A stretch of DNA of 63,718 nt, the filler included, from Rhabdomonas costata (taxonomy: Eukaryota), in NCBI GenBank assembly GCA_019059605.1. It is 48 parts of 48 records of this genome, joined end to end, with 100 filler letters (N's around TTAATTAATTAA, not from the genome) between each part and the next. Parts side by side here need not be neighbours in the genome. Positions count along the whole stretch, not along the records: positions 22,613 to 23,842 come from JAHMHO010022713.1; positions 23,943 to 25,172 come from JAHMHO010022714.1; positions 25,273 to 26,502 come from JAHMHO010022715.1; positions 26,603 to 27,834 come from JAHMHO010022716.1; positions 27,935 to 29,163 come from JAHMHO010022717.1; positions 29,264 to 30,491 come from JAHMHO010022718.1; positions 30,592 to 31,820 come from JAHMHO010022719.1; positions 31,921 to 33,150 come from JAHMHO010022720.1; 40 more parts are not named here. The stretch is one strand, 5' to 3'. The notes under the pieces were generated by a model. That model searched no databases, was not told the DNA's origin, and was given only the letters and a program-made list of their open reading frames with translations. Shown here piece by piece: positions 23,423-37,079 of the stretch (position 1 is the stretch's first letter; the number at the start of each line of letters is the position of its first letter). The translations under genes and the position numbers were made by a program.

Positions 23423-23942
23423 GTGCGTCTCTTCCCGTTATGAACGAGACTTCTGCTGTAAGAACAACTTTCACATGCAGTGCAGAAAAGTATATCTGTC
23501 CCACAGGCTGTCCCGAGCCGTTAACATCGTGTTTTTTCTGCACCCCTGAATGTGGAGAAATGCACAGGTGATACACCAGGACACCAGGACTCCCGATTAT
23601 CGATGAGAAGAATCCGGCTGCTGCTGGCTTCTGTTTTCATTTCCACAAAAACGTTTGTGTCTTCCACCTCTTCTACGGAAACACGATTAGGGCGGTCGTC
23701 TGCCACCTTGACTTGCCGGAAGTGCACACCTTCGTCGACATGGGTGTGTGTTTGTGTGTCTGTGTGTATGTGTGTGTGGATGGGCACGGCACACACACCC
23801 TCACCCCAATGCCCCTCATGTCGTCCAGCACGAACAACCAACNNNNNNNNNNNNNNNNNNNNNNNNNNNNNNNNNNNNNNNNNNNNTTAATTAATTAANN
23901 NNNNNNNNNNNNNNNNNNNNNNNNNNNNNNNNNNNNNNNNNN

Positions 23943-24104
23943 GGGCCTGGGGCTGTGCTGACGGCGGACTACCCGTACACCAGCGGCTCCACAGGCTCGA
24001 CGGGGAGCTGTGTGGCGCCGCACCACCACGTGGCCCGGCTAACCAGCGACATCATTTACTCCTCGGACAGCCTGGACGCCACAATTATGCAGCTGATCTA
24101 CACG
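23943..24104 (+). CDS. Papain-family (C1A) cysteine peptidase exon
   Basis: GAVLTADYPYTSGSTGSTGSC; donor ACG|GTAATT. Confidence 0.65.
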
Positions 24105-25667
24105 GTAATTGTGTATAGATGTGGGTTTGTATTGTTTGTTTTGTATCCTTCGGACATATTATGTATGCGTTGGGGAAGCGAATAGGCTGCAGCTGGGAAG
24201 GGCGGCTGCGCTGCCAGACCGTTGACGATCGCTTTTTGTCGGAAGTGAGCAGCGTTGCGTGCGCTTCCCGGAGCGCCGCGCTGGGAATGTCCATTGGGTG
24301 GCTGAAGAATGCAGTTTTCGTGAGGCTTCATGGCTGACAACAGCGAGATGCGTTCGTCTTTGATGCCCGTGTCCATGAGGCGTTCCCTTCGCATTCCTGC
24401 CTGAAAGCAAACCCTTTGGTTGATTCGTCGCCATCCTGCCCCCCGCCCCCTCCGAAGAATGTGGGTGTGAGTCTCGGGAGTGAGGAGTGAGGTATGAGAT
24501 GAGGGAGTTGGTGTCCTTGTTTTGTTGCAAGTGTTCGGACTCCATGTATCAGCTCGTCTCGGCAGCACCGCCGTATTCGTAGCTCGCGGACCTCCCGACC
24601 TGCGGTTTCCATGGCGGACATTGTGACTTGAGTGGCGTTTCCTCTCCTTTTAGGATGAAGAAATGAAGTGCGATGATGCAGTATCCACCCCGTTGAGAGT
24701 GGTGGGTAAGTGTAGCTCTTGTCCATTGCCACATAGTCAGAGCCACTTGCTGTTGAAGTTTCTTCTGGCTGTGGCGAAACCGGCACACCATTTCGTCAGA
24801 GGATCGGGGCGAGCAGCCCTCCCTACTTTCTCGAATCGCTCACTGTCGAACCAGTCGTGATCGCGCGGAATGGGAGCATTGCAGAAGCTTTATAATACAC
24901 GAAGCGATGCTCCATGTATTATATAGCTAGCTACACCGCAAACTGAGAGTTTTCGCCAGGACACACTACAGCCCCACAGGAAGACCCAGCGGCATAAATA
25001 TAGGCTAAAAAGACTTCTGTTCGAAATGTCACATACTAAATTCTCAGTTTCGGGGTGTTACTAACCTTAGAAGAACACCCCTTAACCTTCCTTTTTGTAT
25101 TCTCTGCCACACTGTCACTTCACATGGGACCATTGCATTTTTTGGTGCAATGGAAGTTGGGGGGGGGGGAGTNNNNNNNNNNNNNNNNNNNNNNNNNNNN
25201 NNNNNNNNNNNNNNNNTTAATTAATTAANNNNNNNNNNNNNNNNNNNNNNNNNNNNNNNNNNNNNNNNNNNNTTTTGTGTGGTGGTTCTTCTTTTCGCCT
25301 CCCTCAAGCGTGCACGCGGGACGAGAAAATAGAATATAAGGGAACATCATCAGTGAAGCAAACCGAAAAATGATTACATTCAGTGGACCACCTGCTTTCT
25401 CTCTAGGTGGGATCATCTTTTTTGCTTTTCTCCGTTGGTCCACCTGGGGCAAGCCACTGCGTTTGCTTTCGGCAAGACGCAGAAGACCTTCTTTGTCGCT
25501 TGTTTTTGAGGATCGGGATGTTTCGAACTCAGAATGCATCCTCGGCGACTCTCCGAAATGTTGTTGGTTGGGAAGCATCTTGCTGGGGATAAAAAAGGAC
25601 GGGCTGCATGATTGCTGTCGTGACCCCAATGGTGCAACTGGTAGGTGCCTGTGCATTTGTACCACAG

Positions 25668-26216
25668 GTGTTCACTTCCTTCTGGAGTACGGACTACACC
25701 GGGGATGTGCCCTCCAGCTCAAGGTCTCGGTACCGCACCGAATACGAAGAGCTTCAGCTCCTCGGCCAGGGAGCCTTTGGACGTGTGGTGAAGGTGCCTC
25801 CCGGCCACCTTCCCTTTATCATGTGCGGTGGTGAGGTTAGATGTGCCGCTGGTAAAAGCCTAGCGTGGTCAGGTAATTGGTTTAATAAACTTGCAGCTTT
25901 GGGTTTGTTACAATGGCCAAAGGCTGTTCAAAAGTCGAAGTTTGAGGACTCTTATATAGCGCTGCCCTCCGCTTTTGATATCCGCAAGACCAGGATAATT
26001 GCTTTCTTCTTTTTTCTCGTGATGGGGGAATTGATTCGGGACCGTGCTCGCGGGGTTTTCGCAGGTGCTGAACAAGCTGGATCTGTACGAGTACGCCATC
26101 AAGCAGATTATGCTGCGGCCGAAGAAAGCCAACGGGAAGGAGCCCCGGTACAACTGCCGCATCCTCAGGGAGGTCACCCTGCTGTCCCGGCTCTACCACG
26201 AGCACATTGTGCGCTA
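25668..26216 (+). CDS. eIF2-alpha kinase, GCN2-like (exons 25668-25793 and 26065-26216)
   Basis: SRYRTEYEELQLLGQGAFGRVVK|VLNKLDLYEYAIKQI...ILREVTLLSRLYHEHIVRY. Confidence 0.9.
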
Positions 26217-29103
26217 GTATGTTCGCATGCTCTGCGCCGCTTTCTTTTTCGGGTGGTGGAACATCTGCACTGCACCTCCCCAAGGACCAACTCGTTGCTG
26301 GGTTTTACCGCGGGAGTGGGAGTGATTTCAGAAGAACAACGAATATACCATTCCGAGGGACAGAGTTTGCCTAACCCAGTCGTACACTGAAACAGAATCA
26401 GGAGTGGTCTCGTCTCGAGCGCGCTGACACACTGCCCAACCCTGATTTGAATGTCAATATTCCCCCCGGGGCGCTGTGTGCCCTTTTTCTTCACACAAAA
26501 CCNNNNNNNNNNNNNNNNNNNNNNNNNNNNNNNNNNNNNNNNNNNNTTAATTAATTAANNNNNNNNNNNNNNNNNNNNNNNNNNNNNNNNNNNNNNNNNN
26601 NNGTTACTTTTCTGCTGTTTTTTCAATCTTTCTTCCATATGCATGTCCTGTACATGATTTAAATCACATTAATGGTGTGTTGTGCAATGCTCTTTAGGTT
26701 AGAAAAAATGACCTGGAGCGCGTATTATTGATCTGTGGAAGCACGCTAAGACTCACATGACAACCAGATATGACCAAAACCAGGCACGGCCAGATGCAAT
26801 TAACTCTAGAAAAACTTGGTTATTACCACCACAAAGATGGGTTTATATTTTTTAATATGTGGCAGCACTCAGTAATCACAAAGCACTCTGAACCGCGTGT
26901 CACGCAGTTAAGGAGTCTTCCGGAGCGACAGTAGATAGACATCTACAACAGCTATTCTCTTCAAAAAATGTGCTTTCACAAAAACACACGCTTTAGAGTC
27001 GCTGGACGCTTGAGTTCCGCAAATGCCACTTGAAGCAGAGCTGCACAAATCTGCTACACTAGGGGTTTCCTACTAACAACCATCAACGCCTTTAAAATTC
27101 CAAGTATAGCAAGTTTGTGGCCTCACATTATAGTACAATTCAGCTAACCAGACACATCGGGTCTCAGAACAACCAACCCTTGGCGACACAAGAGGGTCCA
27201 CTATACTTATTGTTGGACATTAACAGCCATCTCTTTGGAACCATCAAGTGGATTAAATTGTAAAAAAGCTCGAAATTCCAGTCTAAATACATGTACTCAG
27301 TCGAAAAAGAGGAATCACAGTAGTGTACAGTTAATTAAGCCACATTTTCTGGTCTGTGATCCAACTTGAGTGATCTGAATCTTATCTGAATATTACTTTT
27401 CACGTATGGCACTAATGCTAGGATAAAAATTTTGCAAACAAAAGGCAAAAAATTGGGCCACTTTTACATTCTGTGGGTCAATTTCAACATCGTACACAAA
27501 CACATCATGAAAACAACAAGCTTTCGTCACGATCTGTGCGCAAATTCAAGTTAAGAAGTCAAAACCTGTGACCAACCCAGGATATTTCCAAGCTTCCACC
27601 GCGAGACGCAAGCCACGCGTTGTCTGTGAGGCAATTATCAAGGATCATCAAGTTGCATTGCGGCTCGAGTCTGTATCTACATACAATCTTCCAAAAAACA
27701 TAATTGCAAAAAGGCTATTTATGCATATTTCTTTAATCGTTTTCAAGTGTTAGCACGAGGGAATTAGATATGACATTCTCGCGTTTTTTAAATTGTGTTG
27801 GACTGTAACAAGGGCCATTGTGAAAATATTTAACNNNNNNNNNNNNNNNNNNNNNNNNNNNNNNNNNNNNNNNNNNNNTTAATTAATTAANNNNNNNNNN
27901 NNNNNNNNNNNNNNNNNNNNNNNNNNNNNNNNNNGTGTTGTTTTTGAAAACACAATTTGGCGGCTCCAGCTTTTGCGAGAAAGCCTTGTAATTCCCTCAA
28001 CTGGAGTGAGAAGAAAAAAGATAAATTGTGTTGAACACAACCTACTCACCAGCTGATCTGCTTGGTGGTGTTCCTGTCTTTCCCCTGCCTTCTTTTGGTT
28101 CACCCAGGATGCCTTCCCACAAAACTTCAATGAAGACTAAGACTCCTGAAGTGTTGGAAGTTCGTATCCCTCCCCTCGGTTTTCCAGATCTCTGAGGTGG
28201 CTCTGCCGTTCGTGGTGGAGGCGATGCTGTTGCATCACTTTGTGGCTGCAGCGCCCCGTCCAGGTCTCGTCAGGGAAGAGCTAGGGGAAGAGCTGGCGAA
28301 GGAATGTTTCGCAGTTGAAAACACCTGCGCCCACACATATACCCTCCGCTTCGATAGCTTGCAGCGGAGAGTTGCTCTACTTGCACGAATGGTGTGCTGT
28401 ATAAGAATGTGTGCCGCTAAACCCTCAGGCACAGCGGAGAAGGAGCAACGCAACAGATTGGGATAAAATGCATGCCGATTTTGAGGGTAGATGAATTTTT
28501 GGGGAAACCCAGTCGGGACGGCTCGTCCAGTCTCCGATGAAAAAACGAAACGGACCCCTAAATCACTCTTCCCACTGTAGCTTCGAGAGCTTTCTGAAGT
28601 TATGCGTCTTTTCTTATACTCTTTAATGTGGTTGGTCGGTCACCCTGAGCTGAAATCCTCATTAAGCAAAATGAAGGCCGCCAAGAGGCGTGAGGTGGGA
28701 TGGGTGCGCCCACAGCTTCCCGCGAGGCCTCGCACGCCTTTGAGAGGGCCTTGCTTCCCATCGCGGCACGGCTCTCCACTGTGGGTTTGCATACTTGCTT
28801 GCGTGCTTCCCCCACTCTCGTGAAGTACAGGCCTTGGCTTGGTGGGAGGTTTCTTTGATGTGCATTTTTGAAAACGATTTTCGCAACTATCGATGCAATG
28901 TTTTCTGGATCTGCCCCCTATACCCCACCTGCCACTTGGTTGGGAGGTGGGGCCTATAAAACCAACTGCTGTCTTCCCATTATTTCCTTTTCTCCGTTCT
29001 TTTTTTCCTACGACGAGATGCACGTACCCCGTTGTTTTTTGGTATGGTTCTCCTTTCTCTGCCATTGGGCCGCCTTTTTGCTGGATCCCATTTTGGAAAG
29101 GAA

Positions 29104-29163
<60 letters not shown>
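29104..29163 (+). repeat. (GAAA)n microsatellite running to the contig end
   Basis: Read directly. Confidence 0.95.
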
Positions 29164-29396
29164 NNNNNNNNNNNNNNNNNNNNNNNNNNNNNNNNNNNNN
29201 NNNNNNNTTAATTAATTAANNNNNNNNNNNNNNNNNNNNNNNNNNNNNNNNNNNNNNNNNNNNTTATGCACACCCAGACAAGGGACCAGCGGACACAGGT
29301 CCTGACAGGGCCTGGGGCTCACGGAAATCCCTAGCTCCATAGCAAATGATATTGAATCTTATGGTTTCATAATGATGGTTGATCCACGCCTCATAC

Positions 29397-30491
29397 TTGT
29401 CCTTGCCAACGGTATCGCGCATTCCTGAGAGCTTGTCCATGTCGAACTTGTCCCCAGAGAACAGAAAGGAGGTGACGATGACATGAGAAGCCCCAGCCTC
29501 CAGAAAGACTCTAGCATTGTCAGGAGTGATCCCACCGCCGACCTGAAAATAAGGGAAGGTAGATACAGGAGCAACCCTCACTCATAAAGATGAGGGATAG
29601 TCAACCATGCCTGGAAATTCTTTTTTATGACTGAATTGACTGAAAGTCCCATCGCATTGGAGTTTGCCTCGAAACAAACCCACCCCCTGTAGATGGTTCG
29701 AAAACCTGGAGGCCGTTGGGGTACGCACCCAGGGCCCTCAGTGCCGCCGACTTGTTGTCAGGGTTGGGCCCCAGCATGATCACGTGTCCCCCAGTCAGGC
29801 CATCCCGCTTGTACTGTGAGGCAGTTAAACACCAAGGTAACATGGAGCCAGGGACTACTGCTGGTTACGCCGCCATCACTTTGGTCAGCCGTCTATGAAC
29901 CAATTTCAGCTCATCCACCACAAAGCTCCATATTCGCAGATTCTCCAACAACTCTGAAACCAACCAAACGACTTCTACACTAAAACGCAACCCGAGGAGC
30001 ATCTGAACGGTTTTTTCGGGCAAGGCATTCCAATCCGAGTTCCTGACAAAAACAGTATCATCAGAGCATCGACTCCGCTGAGCGGAGAAAGCCCACGATA
30101 CGATGAGCCGCACCTTGGGCAAGAGAGGTAAAGATTGAAATGTGACTTCCGCACACGGCATTCACAGTGACTGACCAGGGACCAGGAAACCATACTACCC
30201 AAAACAGCAACGGCGATCAGTTCGTTTGCTAGCCGTGACGAATTCCCACCAGCATTGTCCATCACGAATAAATGTTTGCCCATTGAGACAAGCGGACGAA
30301 GCAGAAAGAGTCTCAATGCTATTGCATTTATTGTTGCGTCAATGTTTCTCAATGGTAGCCATGGTCTGCATCTCAGCAGAAAGCAAGAGATAGGGAAGAC
30401 ACCAGCTCGGCAAACCAGCTGCTGTCCTTCTCTGCGTCCTGAAAGTTCGTCTTCAGGTCCCCCTCCAGGCCCGTCAGGGTTCCCCCAACAA
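29397..30491 (-). CDS. HIS6: ProFAR isomerase of histidine biosynthesis, eukaryotic type (exons ..30403, 29813-29706, 29542-29397)
   Basis: [31 protein letters not shown]...[32 protein letters not shown]. Confidence 0.95.
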
Positions 30492-32522
30492 NNNNNNNNN
30501 NNNNNNNNNNNNNNNNNNNNNNNNNNNNNNNNNNNTTAATTAATTAANNNNNNNNNNNNNNNNNNNNNNNNNNNNNNNNNNNNNNNNNNNNCTGCGGCCT
30601 GACGTGGAGGCGACTGCGCGCCGGCTGGGGGGCGCGGGGGTGGTGGCTAGCCGCCCGCAGGTGGCGCACACCTCGCCGCTTCTGCACTCGGGAGCCCGCG
30701 TGAGCGGCAGCCCACTGCGCGAAGTCCACCCATAGAAGCAAGATCTCATTTCACGAAGCGGGCGAGATTGGTACTACCATCTCAGTCTAAAGTGCTCGGA
30801 AGTAGGGAGATCCGTTCGGAAATACAATGCTTCTGTTCAGCTGAGGGCTGAGGGGTGTGGGAATGCGGGGCAGTAGTATTGCGGGAAGTCTTTATTATCC
30901 ACAATTTTCCGCCCCTCTTTTTTTCCCTTTCAGCAGCAGCCAAATTTCTATCAGCAGTTGTCGGACAACTACTTTCCCTTGCTTCACCTCAATCTCGCCC
31001 ATTTCCCCCCCCCAAAAAAAACAATTTGATCTTTTGGGGGAAACCGTGACTTCCGGGACCTTCGAGAAAATGTACAATGACTTCCGGGTCTCAGGCTTTC
31101 GGTTGGCAGGTTCAAGGTTCATCAGGATAACTAATCGGCGGACTCATGCTCAACAGACATCGTTGGATGATATTCAACCCTGTATTTGCCCAAAAATGGC
31201 CGGAATCGGGAAGGGGAGTCAGGGGCGCCCATCGGGTCATTAACTGATATGAAAAGGCAAGTGCTACCCCCTCCCACCAACGAAAGAAACCAAAGAAACC
31301 AGCAACCGTCAACTCACAATTCTCGGTGTTCAGCAGCACGAAGCAAAACAATTCATCATGAAACGCTGGGAAGAAGTGCTCACAAGGACCATTTTCTGTC
31401 GAAAAAGCAATGAATTACCCGAGTTCTTTTTTGCCCTTGCCCCCTGACACAGAGTTGGGGTGAGGCGGTGGACCTGTCGCGGGCTCCCGCGCTCGGAAGA
31501 AACACGCGGTTCCCATAGGCATCATACTCGAACCAGTGGGACCCTGAGGGAGAACCAGAGAAGGGCTTTGCAGAACAGCTTTATATCTATCATTCTTTTC
31601 CATCAGCTTTCACGGCAGCAGCTGTGCCGGGTGAGAGGTGAGGGTGAGTTTCGGACACCAAAGGTACCATAGATACAAAAAGTAGCACGTTTCCTGGAAT
31701 TCAAAATGGTAAATATGTATGCAGATGCAGGCAGAACAGAATTGCAAGCGAGAAAGCCCCTAACCTTACCTGACCACAACCACCGGTATGTTAAGCGATC
31801 CTTCCGAGTCCCCACCCACANNNNNNNNNNNNNNNNNNNNNNNNNNNNNNNNNNNNNNNNNNNNTTAATTAATTAANNNNNNNNNNNNNNNNNNNNNNNN
31901 NNNNNNNNNNNNNNNNNNNNGTGGTGTGGTGCCGGGGAAGAGGCAGCAAAAGGAGTGGCAGAATCCGCAGCCCGAGTCGAGAGGTGCAGAGCCAGATTCT
32001 TGGACGTCAAGGAAGAGGACTTTGCGGCACGGACAGGGCCAGCAAGGTAGTTGGGACTTCCTGGAGGCTCCCAGGGCACCCTAAGGCTGGGCTTTGGAGC
32101 CTCCACCCCAGGAAGATGAAACAGATAGCTCAGCTTTCCGCACTGGAAGGAGCTGCAGCACACAACCACGCAATGTGAGCTACATTGACCTGAACTTCAA
32201 ACACATTTAGAAATCAAAAAGCAAGATCCGATCAACATCGACCAGCACAAAAAGACCAATGTCTCAAAAGGAGACGGATCAAGCCGGCTATCGCAAAAGG
32301 TAGGAAACAAAACACAGGGGCAACTTCTAATGTTCTAGAAAATAAAACGTATTTTGACCCAATGGGACGTATCGCAACGAAGTGACGAAGAAGGATCTAT
32401 TGGGCTGACCTAGACAGTCTGAAAAGCTCAATTGACCAATCTAACATGCAAAACTGAGACGAGGGGGATCGATATACTGCGAGTCACGGAGACAGCGAGA
32501 GGGAAAGCAATGACACCATCAC

Positions 32523-32923
32523 CTCTCAACTGCCCGCTCCAGAATGTCGAGGGTGCACGGCAGAGGCAGCACCACCAGTCGAGAGCTGACGTCCACCCCG
32601 CACAGCTCAACAGCGCGCTCCGCCTTCAGCACACACTTTACTCGCACCCACTTTGCCGGGGGTGGGGGCGGAATCACAACATGAGCAGATTCAGGCTCTG
32701 GAGCAGGCTGCTCATCGACAGGGGGATCCAATGTGACTTGTGGAGCAGCAGGGGTCGTGTTACTAACCAGAGAAGAACGTCGCCGGATGGAGCCCCGGGA
32801 AGACGACAAGGATGGCAAGCGCCGCAGCCGAGCTGTCTCGGAGGAGAAAGTGGAAAATAGCTGCTCCATGGCCGACGTTTGAGTCCGCAACAATAGAGCC
32901 CGGTCCGCCGCCTCGTCAAGAAC
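32523..32923 (-). CDS. Exon ending in the start of a PB1-like domain
   Basis: KWVRVKCVL...SRLVVLPLPCTLDILERAVER follows an S/P-rich linker. The exon is bounded by AG and GT. Confidence 0.45.
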
Positions 32924-33270
32924 CTTTCGAAATACAAAGAGCCATCGCATATAGACAGCACCATGAATCCACCACGCCCAACGACATTGGGACATGGGTT
33001 CGCCATGGAAAATCAGAGCTAAAATTACAATAAGGATGCGGGAAAGCTAAAACGCACGGCAGGTACACACCGCTGAAGCGCAGCTGAGCTCACAACTCAC
33101 CGCTGCAAACTGCAACCTCTCGGAGCCAACGACTTCACTTCGAACTGCAANNNNNNNNNNNNNNNNNNNNNNNNNNNNNNNNNNNNNNNNNNNNTTAATT
33201 AATTAANNNNNNNNNNNNNNNNNNNNNNNNNNNNNNNNNNNNNNNNNNNNGGTGTTTGGTATGGGTGCAC

Positions 33271-34224
33271 CTGCTCCTGAAGCTTCTGACACTGCAGCTG
33301 TAACTGCTCAGAACGTCCCTGAGAATCCAGTAATCTCCTGCCCAGAACAGAGGGACGAAAAAAAACGTGAGGAAGGGAGCGGGAAAACAAGAAGTAGGAA
33401 GCAGAGAAAACTCGTTGACAATGCGAGCGTTTTTTCTGGTGGCACCTGTGCAGCTGAGAATCTTCGAGGAGCGAGGCACTCGACGCGCTCTGTGTAGAAA
33501 AAAGGCACCAAGTGACATTTTTAAGAAAGTGGCGTTAAAAACTTGCAAATGAAGCCAAAGTATTGCGTTATGGATAACCAATGCTTCGTTCGCATAAAGT
33601 CGTACAGAGGGTCTTTGAAATACAAATGAGCGATGGACACGAGGAGATCAATCACCACAACCTGCCGGCGTCTGTCCTGCTCAACGGAGCTTTGCAGCCG
33701 TTCCTTGCAGGCCAACACCTCTCTCTCCAGGGCGGCATTGCGGGCCAGCGCTTCCCGTAGTTCCTGCACCACGACCTGCTTCTCGCGGCAGGCCTGCGGG
33801 TGGATACAACCATGTAAATTTTTGCTCCCGCGACAGGCAACAGGGAATCGAACACTTGTTCCTCCGAGGCACTGCAAAAAAAAAGCTCCCTACCAAACAT
33901 CTACAGTGAGCATACTTTGCATCCCCCCATTAGATAAAGGTGAACCATGAGAGCCCTCACCTGCTGCAGACTATCTTGCTGGATTCGGTTGACGTCTCGC
34001 AGGTCCAGGCAAATCCGCTCCATGTCTCTCAGGCGGCCCTCCAGCTGAGAAGCCCGCCCAGGCATTCCAGCTTGAGTCGGGGTGGAAACAGTGGCCATCC
34101 CACGGGCGGCGGCGGTTTCTAAGCCCGTTGCAGAGGGAGAAGTGCAAAGGGAACGCCTTAGAGAGCCCATCTCTGCCCCCCCAGAGAGGTCGCTCGCGCT
34201 GTGGGGGGTTGACACCGCCGACAT
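33271..34224 (-). CDS. Coiled-coil protein, 4 exons
   Basis: In-phase GT-AG joins give ..IQQDSLQQ|ACREKQ..RRRQ|SASSASLLEDSQLHR|RLLDSQGRSEQLQLQCQKLQEQ. Confidence 0.6.
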
Positions 34225-35635
34225 CTAAGCATCGAGGTGGAACCGAAACGGTGAGAAGAGGGAGGCCCACACTCCAGGCATTAAGCCATCTTCCCAAAGA
34301 GAAAGACTGAGAAAAGTTGTCTGCTCTGCATTAGTATGGAAACCCAAAGGAGAAAGGAGAGAGAGAAGACGGAAGGAGGAAGTTTTTGGATTCGAGTTGC
34401 ATCTGTTGCAGAAACCTGGCGGTGGAATAAACGCCTAAGCAACAACTTCAAACATGTCCTTATCCCCGGACGCACGCTTCNNNNNNNNNNNNNNNNNNNN
34501 NNNNNNNNNNNNNNNNNNNNNNNNTTAATTAATTAANNNNNNNNNNNNNNNNNNNNNNNNNNNNNNNNNNNNNNNNNNNNTAGGTTGCTTTAGACAGCAT
34601 GCAAGACAGTACCTTCGAAAAACTGACGTCGTCGGATAGGGAACATAGTTGGGGACAAGATCAAACTGAGCAGAATAGATTGCTTCGACCTGCCAGAAAC
34701 CGTATCATGCCCTTTTAATCCAGTTCTTCAAATGTCGGGCACTCGTCACTGATCTCGGTGTCTCTACCTCATTCACTCGTCCCTTCGTGGCCGACATCGC
34801 CTTTCCCCGATCATTTTCAAGACATGCCATTATGCGACAGGGCGTGTATTTTCCGATGCGCACCCCCATCCCAGACCACTGATGCTGAGACGGTGCCTCA
34901 CCTCCAGATATCGGGTAAATATTCGCGTGGTCTCGTTGAGCCTCTTTGCGAGTAGTGCGGGGACACTGCTGGCAAAATGACCGCCACTGTGGGGATGCCG
35001 GAAAAGGTTATGCGGCCTTGCACTCGACTGCCCGACTGAGGGTGCGGTGCAGCCGGGACATGAGCCGAGAATGGGAGTGGTTTTACGGAATGACCCCGAC
35101 CAACAGGGGGATTCCGGCAATGTAGAGTCATGGCCACCCCCGTGGTAACATAGGTGTTTGCCTGGGGTTGCGCTCCCTCTTGGAGGGGCTCACTGCGAGT
35201 CGGGGAACAGACAAAATAACAAAATATGCACGCTCGACCTCCACAGTTCCAGTGATGATGCCTGAATGCTCGTAACCCGAACACATGGCAACCACACCAT
35301 ACTGTATTGTCAATCAAGGCGACGGGTAGAACCAGGTTCTGGACGAACGACCTCGTGCTCACGAAGCACATCAATGCCGTACGATTTCACAATTTCCAAA
35401 GGAAGAAGACCTTCCAGCTGCAATTTCCATAATCAGCCAACCGAAACAAAAAGAAAGGATCTGACCATGCTGTTCAGACTTGGCAGACGGTAGGGACGAC
35501 ACACCGTGCCTAAAATGTAAACTCTGGGAAATCCAAGGGCTGGAGTTCGAAAGGGCTTTCTCCACGCTCTCCCGGCTCCCGCAAGTAGCTCCTTTGTGTA
35601 TCCTGTGGGCCCACCGGTTATTAAGTCGGTCGTTC

Positions 35636-35805
35636 TGGTGCCGTGAATACTCATGCCCGGCTCGTTACTTCACGCTTGGCTACGTCTTCCCGTCGCATCT
35701 GCTGCTCGGCCGGCGTCAAGATGACGCCCATGCGGTGCTGGGGTGCGACGGGAAGACGTAGCCAAGCGTGAAGTAACGAGCCGGGCATGAGTATTCACGG
35801 CACCA
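35636..35805. repeat. Perfect 62-bp inverted repeat with a 46-nt loop at the contig end
   Basis: 35636-35697 is the exact reverse complement of 35744-35805. Confidence 0.95.
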
Positions 35806-36357
35806 ACAANNNNNNNNNNNNNNNNNNNNNNNNNNNNNNNNNNNNNNNNNNNNTTAATTAATTAANNNNNNNNNNNNNNNNNNNNNNNNNNNNNNNNNNN
35901 NNNNNNNNNCCGGCAACCAGGTACCTATCACAGTGGATTAAGTTCATCTCAGATCAACAGCTGGGGTTCTCGGAAGCTGGCCGACTCGCCGGCAATTGAC
36001 ACCGGAGAGCAGAGAGAGTTGGATGGACCGTGACCAATTTCAGCCGATTTCACTCCTGAATGGCTGCAAATGTCATCCCAATCAACACCTCAGAGGGTGA
36101 CCAGACCAGATTCGAAATACTTCAGCACAGTACTGTAAGGTGGAGCCCCAATGGTAAATCCAGTTCTAAACTATCCACATTTCGGCCCAATTATCGTTGG
36201 GGGGGGAGGGGACGGTTCCCAATGGTAACTGAAAACTGACTTTTAAACTTTTTCACTATTGAAAGGGGTCGGGAGAAAGAATGCCAGCGCCCTCGAAGTG
36301 ACTTTATTTTAGTGTGTGGGAGTAAGGTAAACTATGAGCACCTAGTCATACACGCAC

Positions 36358-37079
36358 CCAGGGTGGTTCGGAGCTGGATAATGTACTGGCTCTCCACGAA
36401 CATTCTCTTCCTCAGGTGGTACACGATGGGGGAGCGCAGGTACGACCGGATGTGCTGGGTCACCCTGCCAGCATCCACCCACACTTCCCACCCACCCACT
36501 CACGAACACAAACTGAGGACAAAGTGGTGGGCACGGCACACACGCACATTGCTGTGACACAAAGACATCGTAGAGCCACTTTTCCCCTTGTGGACGGAGC
36601 TCCTTGAGAGACCTCTGTGATGGAACTGGCTGGGATTCAACAAGCTCCGAAACTCTGAGCTCGCCCATCCTGACCCATATGGCTCGAATGCCCCTAATTT
36701 TCACTTTTACTGTTTGAGATCCTCAGCCCAATATTCTTGACCACGCTCACAACCACACCCTTGATGCCCTCCCTGGAACTTTTTGTCGCGGCATCGGGAG
36801 TTCAGGGTCTTTTCTTTCTCGCCTGCTGACCTCCAAGGCTTTCGCAATCTGCCTTCAGTGTCTCCGGGTCTCGAGCTGCTGCTCGTGGCGGGCTCCTGGT
36901 TGCCGTTTCTGGTTGTCCGCTGGCTTTCCGCCTGATGACACGCAGGCACCACACGCACACAAAACACGTAGATACTCGTCCGTTTCCTGGGGACAGTGCC
37001 TGATCAGCGGATCAAAGGTGTCCGTCAGCGCGAACATCGCAAACAGGGTGGAATCCACGTAGCACGAGTTGTTCTCCCC
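36358..37079 (-). CDS. CYLD-like ubiquitin-specific protease (exons 37079-36976 and 36464-36358)
   Basis: The Cys box GENNSCYVDSTLFAMFA is followed by TQHIRSYLRSPIVYHLRKRMFVESQYIIQLRTTL. CYLD has NSCYLDSTLF...LRTEIVNPLR..YV..IMKLR at the same positions. Confidence 0.85.

Noticed and set aside
26211..26222. In-frame TAG after HIVR in the GCN2-like kinase, suggesting stop-codon reassignment
   Set aside because: It reads TA|GTATGT, a Tyr codon split by a phase-2 intron.
33330..33670. GC-AG intron needed to keep frame in the coiled-coil gene
   Set aside because: A small intervening exon (SASSASLLEDSQLHR) restores phase using GT-AG sites.
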